Shown here in pieces: positions 47,881 to 59,456 of a stretch of DNA of 64,000 nt. Source of the stretch: Desulfobacterales bacterium (GTDB taxonomy: Bacteria; Desulfobacterota; Desulfobacteria; Desulfobacterales; UBA2174); NCBI GenBank assembly GCA_963668645.2, contig CAXXWC010000006.1, forward strand, positions 128,001 through 192,000, in the 5' to 3' direction. The number at the start of each line of letters is the position of its first letter. Positions within the stretch are counted from its first letter, which is position 1. The translations under genes were made by a program, and so were the position numbers. The notes under the pieces were generated by a model. That model worked only from the letters and a program-made list of their open reading frames with translations, had not been told where the DNA came from and searched no databases.

Positions 47881-49308
47881 ATGGCGCAAAATCCCTACCT
47901 TCGCGTTCAGCAACAGATGGCGGCCGCCGGTTTCACCGCAGGCGCCCTGACCCTCGGTGAGTTGATCGATATTGCCGAGGCCGCCGGCACCTCTGTGGGC
48001 ACTGCGGCGATGGGCGAGGCCATGGCAGCCCGGGATCTTTCCGCCGAGCAAGCCGCCGATGCCATCATCAAAGTCTTCGCCCGCAACCTGGAAGCCCTCG
48101 AGATCGGCCGCACCCGCGGCTGCAGCCGGCTGATGGGAAGTGTCGGCACGGACCTGGCCGGCGGCGCCGGGCTCACGGGCCACCGGCTGCTGGACAAGGC
48201 CGTCGCTTACACCCTGGCGAGCCAGGTCGGCAACCACGAAATCGGCCTCCAGCCCTGTGCCGGGACCGGGGACGCCTGCACCTACACCGGCCTGTTGCAG
48301 GCGATGATGGAAGAGGTGGACGATGGGGCCGCACTGACCCGCGCAGCGGCTCTAATGCTCAAGATCGGCACCCTCTTTCGTGAGGGGAAATCGACCACCG
48401 GCTGCAACATGGAAGGGTTCGGGGCCGGGGCCGCTGCGGCTGCGGCAGCTTTCACCGAGCTTGACGGCGGCGGCCCGCGCACCCTGGAACGCGCCGTGGT
48501 CCTTGCCCTGTCGCCGACCATCGGTGTTCCGTGCACGCCTCGGGTCATGGTCCCGGGCCTGTGCGCCACCCATATCGGCGGCGGGGTGCTCATCGGCTGG
48601 CTCGCCAGCCGCCTGGCGGGCACGACCTCGATTCCGGTTACCGTGCCGGTGGACGTCATGATGGCCATGGCCGCCGCGGTCCATCCGATCTCGGCCCGTG
48701 CCGTGGTGCCGGAGGTGATGCGGCACATGGCCCCTTTTTTCCAGGCCTGCAACGAGGTCGAGGCCCTGGTGGACGAAGCCCACCGCAGCCGGCAAGCCGC
48801 CGAGAACGCGGCCCTGCTCGTCGAGGCCCGCACGCGCATGCACCGTCTGGCGCGGCGCGCCCGTTCCATCTTGGACCCTTTCGCTCCGGTGGTGGTGGGC
48901 GGCAGCAGCCAGGCCGTCGGCTCGCCGGTCAACACCGCCCGCCTTGCCCACCACTTGGCCCGGGGCCCGATCCGGCGGGTCGCCGTCGCCCTGGCGCCGG
49001 AGCTGTTCGCCCGGCGCGCGATCAACGTTCCCGGCATCCTGGCGGCCGCGGTCTACGGCAGCGCGGCCGACGACTTGGTCGGCCGGGAAGAAATCTTTCA
49101 GCGCCTGGCCCGGGACAAGGTGGCCGTCACCCTGGATCCGGCAACCGAAGCCGGAATGCAGCGGGTCGCCATCCAAGCCGACCAGGGCGACGCCATGGTG
49201 GCGGCCCTGAACCGGGGCGGCGGGCGAATCCATCTGCTCGAAGCGGCCCCGAGCCTTGCCGAGGCACGGCGCCTGGCCGCGGAACTGGGCCTCGAACTGG
49301 ACCCGTGA
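47881..49308 (+). CDS. Fe-S L-serine dehydratase-like protein with alpha-then-beta domain order
   Basis: Alpha-like N-terminal part (PCAGTG, TGCNMEG, VPC...PGLC); beta-like C-terminal part (SILD...PVVVGGSS, GGG.I). Confidence 0.65.
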   Translation: MAQNPYLRVQQQMAAAGFTAGALTLGELIDIAEAAGTSVGTAAMGEAMAARDLSAEQAADAIIKVFARNLEALEIGRTRGCSRLMGSVGTDLAGGAGLTGHRLLDKAVAYTLASQVGNHEIGLQPCAGTGDACTYTGLLQAMMEEVDDGAALTRAAALMLKIGTLFREGKSTTGCNMEGFGAGAAAAAAAFTELDGGGPRTLERAVVLALSPTIGVPCTPRVMVPGLCATHIGGGVLIGWLASRLAGTTSIPVTVPVDVMMAMAAAVHPISARAVVPEVMRHMAPFFQACNEVEALVDEAHRSRQAAENAALLVEARTRMHRLARRARSILDPFAPVVVGGSSQAVGSPVNTARLAHHLARGPIRRVAVALAPELFARRAINVPGILAAAVYGSAADDLVGREEIFQRLARDKVAVTLDPATEAGMQRVAIQADQGDAMVAALNRGGGRIHLLEAAPSLAEARRLAAELGLELDP

Positions 49309-49383
49309 GGCAAAGCGGAGGGCCGGACCAAGCCAGCAAGCGACCCAGCAAATCACCCCCACCGCGCAATAGGCCGGCGCATC

Positions 49384-50340
49384 ATGAAAGGGGATCGAAT
49401 GGTGCCGAAAGATCGAGGATTGTGGATGCAATCGGTCATCACGGAGTTTTGTGCCTCGGCTGCCAACAGCCTGCAAAACCGCTCCTGCGATCCAGCCTTC
49501 GACCTGCCGCTGGTCGGTTTTTCCAGCGGGGAGGACCCGCTTTACACCGCTTACAAGGAGCACGTGGGCCCCGGCCACTGGACCCCTAGGGAGGCCTTCC
49601 GGCTCGCCTTTCCCCAAGAGCGGGCAGAGGCCGGCGAACTGACGGTGATCAGTTGGATCCTGCCCCAGACGGCCGCCACCCGTGCAGCGAGCCGGCGCCG
49701 GCGCGCCTATCCTTCCGAAGCCTGGGCAAGGGCGCGCGTTTATGGAGAAAATTTCAACGTCAAGCTGCGGCGCCATGTGGTCGAAGTGCTGGCCGCGGCC
49801 GGGGTGGCCGCCGTGGCCCCCGCCCTGCTGGCCCAATGGGGCCGGCAGTCCTCCAAGCGGTTTACCATCGTTTCCAACTGGTCCGAACGCCATGCGGCCC
49901 ATGCCGGCGGCCTGGGAACCTTCGGCCTTTGCGATGGGTTGATCACCGCCAGGGGGAAAGCCATGCGCACCGCTTCGATCGTCGCGCGGTTGCAGATCCC
50001 GCCCACCCCCCGGCCCTACCAGGGGCACAAGGATTACTGCCTGTTTTACAGCCACGGGGTCTGCGGCCGCTGCATCCGGCGCTGCCCGGCCGGGGCACTG
50101 TCACCCCGGGGCCACGACAAGCGCAAGTGCCGGGCGTATATCCGCACCGTGACAACAGCCTACGTAAAGCACCACTACGGTTTCGAAGGGTACGGCTGCG
50201 GCCTGTGCCAGACCGGCGTTCCCTGCGAGTCGAAAATCCCGACGATACAGGATCTTTGCGTTCAAGAGCGGGACGGCAGCGTCTTGGCTGCCCAGCGTCA
50301 AAAGCGATTTCCCCGGAAATCTCCCGGGTACAAGGTCTAA
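49384..50340 (+). CDS. Epoxyqueuosine-reductase-like (QueG superfamily) 4Fe-4S protein
   Basis: WSERHAA..GGLGTFG, CGRCIRRCP, CGLCQTGVPC. Confidence 0.75.
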   Translation: MKGDRMVPKDRGLWMQSVITEFCASAANSLQNRSCDPAFDLPLVGFSSGEDPLYTAYKEHVGPGHWTPREAFRLAFPQERAEAGELTVISWILPQTAATRAASRRRRAYPSEAWARARVYGENFNVKLRRHVVEVLAAAGVAAVAPALLAQWGRQSSKRFTIVSNWSERHAAHAGGLGTFGLCDGLITARGKAMRTASIVARLQIPPTPRPYQGHKDYCLFYSHGVCGRCIRRCPAGALSPRGHDKRKCRAYIRTVTTAYVKHHYGFEGYGCGLCQTGVPCESKIPTIQDLCVQERDGSVLAAQRQKRFPRKSPGYKV

Positions 50341-50750
50341 GACGGCATCGCCGGCCTGGGTCATGGCAAGCAAAACAAGCCCCCCGAAACTCCTTCCCAC
50401 CCCGGTCCATCGAAGGGCTGTGATCCTTTGAAATCACAATTATCCCCGGTACGGCAAAAATAGCCCAGCGCGGATGAAAACGGCCCGCCGGCAGGGCCAT
50501 TTCACTGGCCCATCGGGCAGGCCGTTGCGGTTCGCATCCGGTTTGATAAATGAACAGCAATTGGCATTTGATGGATGCTGTGATAGCTATATAGACCTCA
50601 AGCAATCCAACAAGCACAAACAGTTTAAGTTGACAAGCAGGGGACGACTGTGATTCAGTCCCGGTTTTTGAATCTCGTTCAACCATTGGAATGAGAGTCC
50701 GTCACATATAAAAAACGGCTTAACACTGACAAAAAGGAGGGATTGGGAAA

Positions 50751-51722
50751 ATGAAACGTACGCTGATCATCCTGGCAGTGGGTATGGCTCTGGTATTCGC
50801 AATGAACGCACCGTGCGTGGCCAAAACCGAATTCATCTCCATCGGCACCGGGGGCACCGGCGGGGTCTACTACCCCTATGGCGGGGGGGTGGCCGAAATC
50901 TGGTCCAAGTTCGTCCCCGACGTCAAGGCGGTGGCAGAGGTGACCGGCGCCAGCGTTGAAAACGTCAAACTGGCCCACAAGGGCGAGACCGTAGTCGGCC
51001 TGGTCATGGGCGATGTGGCCGTGGCCGGTGTGACCGGCGCCGGCAAGTTCAACGGTAAAAAGCATGATATCCTGGCCATGGCCACCATGTACCCCAACCT
51101 GCTCCAGATCGTGACCCTCAAAAGCAGCGGCATCACCGACATCGAACAGATCAAGGGCCGCAACATCAGTTCCGGCAGCCCGGGAAGCGGCACCAACTTC
51201 ATGGCCGAAACCACCATCAAGGCCCTGGGGATTGCGCTGGATTCTTACAAAGACAGCCGGCTGTCGTTCACCGAGACGGCCAACGCCCTGCGCGACGGCA
51301 CCATCGACGTGGGCTTCTGGTCCGTCGGTCCGCCCACCAGTTCGATCATGGACCTGGCCACGACCCATGACATCCACATCATCTCACTGACCCCGGCACA
51401 GGTGGAAAAGGTTCTGGCTGCCAACCAGACCTATTCCGCGGTCGACCTGGCCGGCGGGACCTATAACGGGGTGGACGCCGCGGTGCCGACCATCGGGGTC
51501 TGGAATGTGATGATCTGCCAGGCCTCCCTGCCCGAGGATCTGGTCTACCAGTTGTCCAAGGCGTTGTTCGAGAACAATGACTACCTGGTGAAGATTCACC
51601 CCTCGGCCGCCTACACGACGCCTCAAAATGCGGTCAAATACGCGCCCATCGCGCTGCACCTGGGAACGATCAAGTACCTGAAGGAAAAAGGAATCGAGGT
51701 GCCGGCCAAGCTGATTCCGTAA
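50751..51722 (+). CDS. TAXI-family TRAP solute-binding protein (second)
   Basis: IGTGGTGGVYY, GASVEN, GSPGSG, LRDGTID; RBS AGGAGG. Confidence 0.93.
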   Translation: MKRTLIILAVGMALVFAMNAPCVAKTEFISIGTGGTGGVYYPYGGGVAEIWSKFVPDVKAVAEVTGASVENVKLAHKGETVVGLVMGDVAVAGVTGAGKFNGKKHDILAMATMYPNLLQIVTLKSSGITDIEQIKGRNISSGSPGSGTNFMAETTIKALGIALDSYKDSRLSFTETANALRDGTIDVGFWSVGPPTSSIMDLATTHDIHIISLTPAQVEKVLAANQTYSAVDLAGGTYNGVDAAVPTIGVWNVMICQASLPEDLVYQLSKALFENNDYLVKIHPSAAYTTPQNAVKYAPIALHLGTIKYLKEKGIEVPAKLIP

Positions 51723-51768
51723 CCGGCCAAAACAGGATGGATGCCCATGTCAGGCGAGCCGCCGCGGA

Positions 51769-52320
51769 ATGAATTCCCGTCGTAGCAAATGGCCATGGAT
51801 CGTTGCCGGCCTGGTTCTTGTCGCGGTGGCGGCCGGCGGCCTGCTTCCCGGCGGGCTGGAGCTGCGGGTCACCCCCACGGCAGGAGGAGACCCCTTGCTG
51901 GTGCTGCCTCTTGAGGCAGGTGAACGCTTCACCCTCCACTACTACCATTCGGTGGAAAACGCCCCCATCTGGGAGGTGCACCGGCTGGACACCGGCGGTA
52001 ACATTTATATCGAGGAGGAACGCTACCTGAAGCTCGGTGCCGGCATGGGCCGCACCCCGGGGGTGGGCCGGCTGATCCGGCGAGGGCCCTACGAGGCCAT
52101 CGTGGGGATGAACCGGCCCACCGGCGACTTCGTGTTGCGGGTCGGTAGCCCCGGGGTGGACCACACCATCGTGTGGCGCACCACCCGAACCAATCTGTCG
52201 CTTCAGGCCCCCCACCGGCCGGTACGTTTCACCGGCCGGCCGGTGAGCCTGCTCTATCGAGTCATGCGGCAGATTTTCCCTCACCCCAAGACCCCTACTC
52301 CTGGAGTTCGCGATGGTTGA
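51769..52320 (+). CDS. DUF1850 family protein (second)
   Basis: FTL.YYHSVE...WE, GAGM. Confidence 0.78.
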   Translation: MNSRRSKWPWIVAGLVLVAVAAGGLLPGGLELRVTPTAGGDPLLVLPLEAGERFTLHYYHSVENAPIWEVHRLDTGGNIYIEEERYLKLGAGMGRTPGVGRLIRRGPYEAIVGMNRPTGDFVLRVGSPGVDHTIVWRTTRTNLSLQAPHRPVRFTGRPVSLLYRVMRQIFPHPKTPTPGVRDG

Positions 52321-54322
52321 CGTCAACCGGCGCGCCGGCAGCGCGCCGAGCCTTCGTAATCAAACCCTGGTCGCCTGGACAGCCAAGGTGGTGGCCGTTA
52401 TCGCCATCAGCTTGAGCCTCTACCAGCTCTATACCGCCGGCATCGCCGCCCTGACCGCCCTGGTGCAGCGTTCGATCCACCTGGGCGCCATCCTCTCGCT
52501 GACGTTCCTGCTCAAACCGGCCTTCAGCGGTGCGCGCAAGGATCGCTTTTCCATCTGGATCGTTCTCGACTGGATCCTGGTGCTCGCCTCCATCGCCTGC
52601 ACCGTCTACATCTGCGTCAATCTGACCGCTATCTTCGAGCGCCAGGGCGACTGGCTGTTGAGCGATCTGGTGGTCAGCATCGCGGGCACCCTGCTGGTGC
52701 TCGAGGCCTGCCGCCGGGTAATCGGTCTTTTTATGTCGGCGATCTGCATCATCGGAATCCTGTATGCCATGTACGGGCCCTACATGCCCGAGCTCATTAT
52801 CCACAAGGGCTACAGCGTCGAACGGATCGCCACCACGCTGTGGCTCACCACCGAGGGGATCTTCGGCCTGCCCCTTGGTGTGGCGGCCACTTTCGTTTTC
52901 GTTTTCGTGCTCTTCGGCGCCTTTCTGGAAAGTACTGGAGGCGGCAATTTTTTCATCGACATGGCCCACGCCCTCACCGGTCGCTTCTCCGGCGGGCCGG
53001 CCAAGACCTCGGTGGTGGCCTCGGGCTTTCTCGGTTCGATATCCGGTTCGGCGGTGGGCAACGTCGCCGCCACCGGTGCTTTTACCATCCCGATGATGAA
53101 AAGAGTCGGCTATCGGCCCCACGTCGCCGGGGCCATCGAGGCGGCCGCCTCCACCGGCGGCCAGTTGATGCCGCCCATCATGGGGGCTGGGGCCTTTCTG
53201 ATGGCCGAGTTCACCAACACCAGCTACCTGACCATCATCAAGGTGGCCCTGGTGCCGGCCATCATGTACTACATGACGGTACTGATCTTCGTCCACCTCG
53301 AAGCCCAGAAATACGGCCTGCTGGGCCAGCCCAAGGAAAGCCTGCCGCGCGTGATGGCGGTGATCCGCAAGGGCCTGCATTTTCTCGTCCCGGTGGCCAT
53401 CCTGCTCTACGTGCTGCTGTCGAACTACTCTCCCATGATGGCCGGTTTCGTGGCGGTGATCAGCACCGTCCTGGCCAGTTGGACCGCCAACGCCGTTGCC
53501 TGGAGCCGCCAGCGCCAGGGCGGCGGGTCCGGTCCCCCCGGCGAAGGTCAAGTCGAAACCCTGGGCCGCTTCGTGGGCAGGGAGTTCCGTTCCCTGCTCG
53601 ACGCCCTGAACAAGGGTGCCCAGAGTGCCATCATGGTCTCTGTGGCCTGCGCTGCGGCCGGGATTATCGTCGGCATGGTCACCCTGACCGGAATGGGCCT
53701 CAAATTTTCCAGCCTGGTCCTCGATCTGAGCTACGGCATCAAGGCCCTGGCCATTCTGCTCATCGGCATGGCCTCCCTCGTTCTGGGGATGGGATTGCCG
53801 GTGACCGCCAGCTACATCGTCCTGGCGACCCTGGCCGGTCCGGCCCTGCTCGACATGGGCGTACCCCTGATGACGGCCCACATGATCGTCTTCTGGTACT
53901 CCCAGGACGCCAACGTCACCCCGCCGGTAAGCCTGGCCAGCTTTGCCGGGGCCGGCATCGCCGGCGCAAACCCCATGCGCACGGCCTTTACCTCCTGGAA
54001 GCTGGCCAAGGGACTTTACATCATCCCGCTGGTAATGGCCTACCGGCCCATGCTGGGCATCGGTCCCGGTTATGAACTGATGCACTGGGAGGTCATCGTC
54101 ACCATGGTGACCACGGCCCTGGGCCTGGTGGCCTTCGCTGCGGCCATCGAACGTTACCTGCTCCGGCACACCACCTGGCTTGAAACCGGTCTGCTCTGGA
54201 TTGCCACCGCCGGGTTGCTGTGGCCCAACGATCTGGTTGACGTCATCGGCTTCGTGGCCTTTATCGTCGCCGTGTTGTTGCAGCGACGCCCCGGGGTCGC
54301 GCCCAAGCGGGCGGCAACCTGA
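52313..54322 (+). CDS. TRAP transporter 4TM/12TM fused permease (second)
   Basis: GGPAK, EAAASTGGQLMPPIMG, LGMGLPVTASY, VTPPV. Confidence 0.93.
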   Translation: MVDVNRRAGSAPSLRNQTLVAWTAKVVAVIAISLSLYQLYTAGIAALTALVQRSIHLGAILSLTFLLKPAFSGARKDRFSIWIVLDWILVLASIACTVYICVNLTAIFERQGDWLLSDLVVSIAGTLLVLEACRRVIGLFMSAICIIGILYAMYGPYMPELIIHKGYSVERIATTLWLTTEGIFGLPLGVAATFVFVFVLFGAFLESTGGGNFFIDMAHALTGRFSGGPAKTSVVASGFLGSISGSAVGNVAATGAFTIPMMKRVGYRPHVAGAIEAAASTGGQLMPPIMGAGAFLMAEFTNTSYLTIIKVALVPAIMYYMTVLIFVHLEAQKYGLLGQPKESLPRVMAVIRKGLHFLVPVAILLYVLLSNYSPMMAGFVAVISTVLASWTANAVAWSRQRQGGGSGPPGEGQVETLGRFVGREFRSLLDALNKGAQSAIMVSVACAAAGIIVGMVTLTGMGLKFSSLVLDLSYGIKALAILLIGMASLVLGMGLPVTASYIVLATLAGPALLDMGVPLMTAHMIVFWYSQDANVTPPVSLASFAGAGIAGANPMRTAFTSWKLAKGLYIIPLVMAYRPMLGIGPGYELMHWEVIVTMVTTALGLVAFAAAIERYLLRHTTWLETGLLWIATAGLLWPNDLVDVIGFVAFIVAVLLQRRPGVAPKRAAT

Positions 54323-54371
54323 ACCGTATCAGACCATTATGACGATTTTTGCCGGTGCACGGCATGCTTAC

Positions 54372-54405
54372 AAAAAGGGAAGGCCGGTGGGCCTTCCCTT
54401 TTTTT
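54372..54405 (+). terminator. Rho-independent terminator
   Basis: AAAAAGGGAAGGCC-GGTG-GGCCTTCCCTTTTTTT. Confidence 0.88.
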
Positions 54406-54522
54406 GCTGCCTGTCTGTACGGCAACAGGTCTGGACCCCGGCAACATCAGGGTGTATCGTTTAGGATGCATCAACTTTGAAAAATACCGCACCGTTCAAG
54501 TCAATTCGCAAAGGAGCGACCT

Positions 54523-55362
54523 ATGGCCATCGTCACCATTTCAAGAGGCTCATATCAGAAAGGAAAGGTGGTCGCCGAAAAGGTGGCCAGCCGGCTGGGA
54601 TACGAATGCATCTCCAGGGAAATTTTGATCGAGGCATCGGATGAATTCAACATCCCGGAAATCAAGCTTATCCGCGCCTTGCACGACGCGCCGACAGTTT
54701 TGGAGCGCTTCCGCTACGGCAAGGAGCGCTACGTCAGCCACCTGCGTTCGGCCCTGCTGCAGCATGCCAAAAACGACAACATCGTCTACCACGGACTGGC
54801 CGGGCATTACTTTCTGCAGGAGATTCCCCATGTGCTCAAGGTGCGCATCATCGCCGACATGAAAGACCGGGTGGCAGACGAGGTCAACCGCGAGAACATC
54901 TCCGCTGAAAAAGCCCGCTACATCCTGACCAAGGACGACGAGGAACGGCGCAAGTGGGGAATCCAGGTTTACGGCACCGACACCTGGGACAGCCGGCTTT
55001 ACGACCTTGTGTTGAAAATCAAAAGCCTGACGGTGGACGATGCGGTGGATCTCATCCTGGATGCGGTGGCCAGACCGGCATTTCAATCCACCCCCCAGTC
55101 GCTGAAAATCATCGGCGATCTGGCGCTGGCCACGCGGGTGCAGGCCACCGTCTGCAGTCTCACCCCGAGGATCGGCGTCTGCGCCAATGACGGCACCATC
55201 TATATCCGCAACACGGGGGATGCACCGACTTTTTCAAAGGAGATCGCCCAGGAAATCAAAAAGCTGGCCCAGGGCGTCGAAGGTGTCGGGAAAGTGGTGC
55301 TCGATGCGCCCAGCGATTTCGAGCAAAGCGACCATGTCAACCCGTTTCACAATATCGGATAA
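54523..55362 (+). CDS. Cytidylate kinase-like family protein with probable C-terminal BON-like domain
   Basis: IVTISRG...G..VA..VA..LGY, VYHGLAG, D..R, YDL; C-terminal V.GV..V. Confidence 0.8.
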   Translation: MAIVTISRGSYQKGKVVAEKVASRLGYECISREILIEASDEFNIPEIKLIRALHDAPTVLERFRYGKERYVSHLRSALLQHAKNDNIVYHGLAGHYFLQEIPHVLKVRIIADMKDRVADEVNRENISAEKARYILTKDDEERRKWGIQVYGTDTWDSRLYDLVLKIKSLTVDDAVDLILDAVARPAFQSTPQSLKIIGDLALATRVQATVCSLTPRIGVCANDGTIYIRNTGDAPTFSKEIAQEIKKLAQGVEGVGKVVLDAPSDFEQSDHVNPFHNIG

Positions 55363-55399
55363 AGCACCGCCAGCACCGTTACAAATGGATGATCCAATA

Positions 55400-55435
55400 A
55401 AAAGGGGTATCCGCCTAGCAGCGGATACCCCTTTT
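55400..55435. terminator. Bidirectional Rho-independent terminator
   Basis: AAAAGGGGTATCCGC-CTAGCA-GCGGATACCCCTTTT between convergent genes. Confidence 0.88.
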
Positions 55436-55450
55436 GGGCATGAATGAAAG

Positions 55451-56635
55451 TCAGCCTTCGATGACGCGGGTGCGCAAAACGCCGGCGCTCTCTTCCTTGA
55501 CCGAGGTGGCGATCTTGTAAAGGATGGTCAGGATGAGAAAACCGGTGGCCCAGACCCCCAGGGTGATCATCACTTCCGGAGCGGTAGGCACATACTCGTT
55601 GACCTCGTGCAGCGGATTGGGCACGAAGCCGCCTGAAATCAACCCCAGCCCCTTGTCGATCCAGGCCCCGATGAAGACCATGGCGCAGGAAACGGCCAGA
55701 ACCCCTTCGTGGCGACGCGAAGCCGGCACGATCAACAGGATGATGGCGCCGAGCATCAGCGCCATACTGAGCCACATCCAGGGCACCAGGATGCCGTGGC
55801 CGTGGAGGCCGAAGAAGAGGTACTTGAGATGGTCGGTGTGCTCGGGAATCTGGCTGTATCCGGCAACGAAGACCTCGCACAGGAAGAAAAAGACGTTGGC
55901 GATGATGGCGTAGGTAGCGATCTTGGCCAGGGACTGGATCTGCTCGCGACCCGGATCGAATTTCGTAAAGCGGCGCACGATGAGGCACAGCACGATCAAC
56001 AGGGCCGGCCCGGCGGCGAAGGCCGAAGCCAGAAAGCGCGGCGCCAGGATGGCCGTAAGCCAGAACCCGCGGCCCGGCAGGCCGCAGTAAAGGTAGGCCG
56101 TGACCGTGTGAATGGAGATCGCCCAGGGAATCGAAAGATAAATCAAGGGCTTTAGCCATGACTGGTAATGGGTGCCGTTGCGCTCGGCCTCCAGCACGTT
56201 CCAACCCACCACGATGTTGAGAAACAGGTACCCGTTGAGCACGATCATGTCGTAAAAGAGCATGGAATTGGGCGTGGGATAGAAAATCACATTGAGCATG
56301 CGGATCGGCTGGCCCAGGTCAACCAGGATGAACAAGAGGCACATGACCAGGGCCGCCACGGCCAGAAATTCACCCAGGATCGTGATACGGCCGAAGGCCT
56401 TGTAGTCGTGCAGGTAATAGGGCAGCACCACCATTACCCCCCCGGCGGCCACCCCGACCAGAAAGGTGAACTGGGCGATGTAAAACCCCCAGGAGACATC
56501 CCGGCTCAGTCCGGTGATGCCGAGGCCGAAGCGGAACTGGTAGAGGTAGGTGAGAGCGCCGACGCCGGCGATGGCCGCCAGCACGACGAGCAGTCCCCAG
56601 TATTTTTTTGTTCCTTTGAGCGCAAGTTCTAGCAT
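55451..56635 (-). CDS. dsrP: DsrP (NrfD-family membrane subunit)
   Basis: SRDVSWG.YI..FTF.VGVAA, DLG.P, HTVTA, APRFLASAF; operon context. Confidence 0.95.
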   Translation of the reverse strand: MLELALKGTKKYWGLLVVLAAIAGVGALTYLYQFRFGLGITGLSRDVSWGFYIAQFTFLVGVAAGGVMVVLPYYLHDYKAFGRITILGEFLAVAALVMCLLFILVDLGQPIRMLNVIFYPTPNSMLFYDMIVLNGYLFLNIVVGWNVLEAERNGTHYQSWLKPLIYLSIPWAISIHTVTAYLYCGLPGRGFWLTAILAPRFLASAFAAGPALLIVLCLIVRRFTKFDPGREQIQSLAKIATYAIIANVFFFLCEVFVAGYSQIPEHTDHLKYLFFGLHGHGILVPWMWLSMALMLGAIILLIVPASRRHEGVLAVSCAMVFIGAWIDKGLGLISGGFVPNPLHEVNEYVPTAPEVMITLGVWATGFLILTILYKIATSVKEESAGVLRTRVIEG

Positions 56636-56642
56636 GGCCACC

Positions 56643-57434
56643 TCACACGATGTAGTAGACCGAGGGACCCGTCCCCAGGTTCGGTTTGCGCCGGATGCTG
56701 TAGTTTTCCTTCAGCAGTTGGCTGACCTCGGAATCCGGATCATTCAGATCACCGAAGGTCAGGATCCCTTCCGAAACCTCCACGCAGGCCGGCAGTTGGC
56801 CCACGGCCAGGCGCTCGGCGCAGAAGTTGCATTTTTCCACGACGCCCCGCGTGCGGGTGGGAAACTTCTTGTTGGTTTCCGCGATAAAGGGCCGCGGATC
56901 ACGGAAATTGAAGCTGCGCGAGCCGTAAGGGCAGGCCGCCATACAGAAACGGCAGCCGATGCAGCGGTGAAAGTCCATCATCACGATCCCGTCCGATTGG
57001 CGCTTGAAGGTCGCCTTGGTCGGGCAGGCACGCACGCAGGACGGATTCTCGCAGTGGTTGCACATTACCGGCAGAGGAATGTGGTGCAGGTGCTCGCTGA
57101 GGTGCTCGCTGGGCTGAAGAGGAAAGGCGTTGTGATAGCGTGTGGCCCAGATCCACTTGATCTCGTGGCGCTTTTCCTTCAACAGGGGGACGTTGTGCGC
57201 CTTGTGGCAGGCTTCCACCATGGCCTCGAGCTGTTCGGCCGATTCGATCTTGCGGGTGTCCACCACCATGGCCCAGTGGGTGGCCGTCAAGGCATCGGGG
57301 CCTTTTTCAACTTGCGCTTTGGGCGCGGCATCGTGGCCGCCGGAGGCCAAGGCCTCGATCACCGGCCCGGCCCCGAGTCCCACCGCCGCCGAGGCCCCCG
57401 CGATCTTGAGAAAATCTCTTCGGCTGGGTTTCAT
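56643..57434 (-). CDS. dsrO: DsrO Tat-exported 4Fe-4S protein
   Basis: SRRDFLK Tat motif, CNHCENPSCVRACP, CIGCRFCMAACP, KCNFC. Confidence 0.95.
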   Translation of the reverse strand: MKPSRRDFLKIAGASAAVGLGAGPVIEALASGGHDAAPKAQVEKGPDALTATHWAMVVDTRKIESAEQLEAMVEACHKAHNVPLLKEKRHEIKWIWATRYHNAFPLQPSEHLSEHLHHIPLPVMCNHCENPSCVRACPTKATFKRQSDGIVMMDFHRCIGCRFCMAACPYGSRSFNFRDPRPFIAETNKKFPTRTRGVVEKCNFCAERLAVGQLPACVEVSEGILTFGDLNDPDSEVSQLLKENYSIRRKPNLGTGPSVYYIV

Positions 57435-57815
57435 TGGTCACTCTCCTTCGGATCTTCGATATGGCAATCGTAGCAGTAGGGGTCCACCGAGGCGTAGGTG
57501 TGGCAGCGGTCGCAGAACTCCTTTTTGTTGCTGTGGCAGTTCAGGCAGGTGTTGGAAAGGCTCATCTCGAACTTCTTGCCCTCTGCATTGATATAGATCC
57601 GCTGCCCTTCGCGCACCACCGTATCACGCCATACGTCCAGCAGTTGCATGTGTTCGGTCCTGATATCGGCCTTGGGCAGAACACAGGCCCCGGCGGCTTT
57701 GGCCGTATCGGTGAGCACCACTTCGGGCGCGGGAGCGGCCTTGCCCAGGTTGTACCAGAAGGGGAAGGTCACCATGACCAGAAAGATGACCAGCCCAGCG
57801 ACGATTTTACCCTTG

Positions 57816-57823
<8 letters not shown>
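57431..57823 (-). CDS. dsrJ: DsrJ triheme cytochrome c
   Basis: Three CxxCH motifs (CLNCH, CDRCH, CYDCH), HMQLL..WRD.VVR. Confidence 0.95.
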
Positions 57824-59450
<1,627 letters not shown>

Positions 59451-59456
59451 CTAAGG

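Noticed and set aside
49384..50340. Reductive dehalogenase or true queG
   Set aside because: No Tat signal or RdhB anchor; only superfamily-level motifs, so function left open
50561..50578. Sigma54 promoter before the second TAXI gene
   Set aside because: GG-to-GC spacing is 12, not 10, and no matching UAS is present
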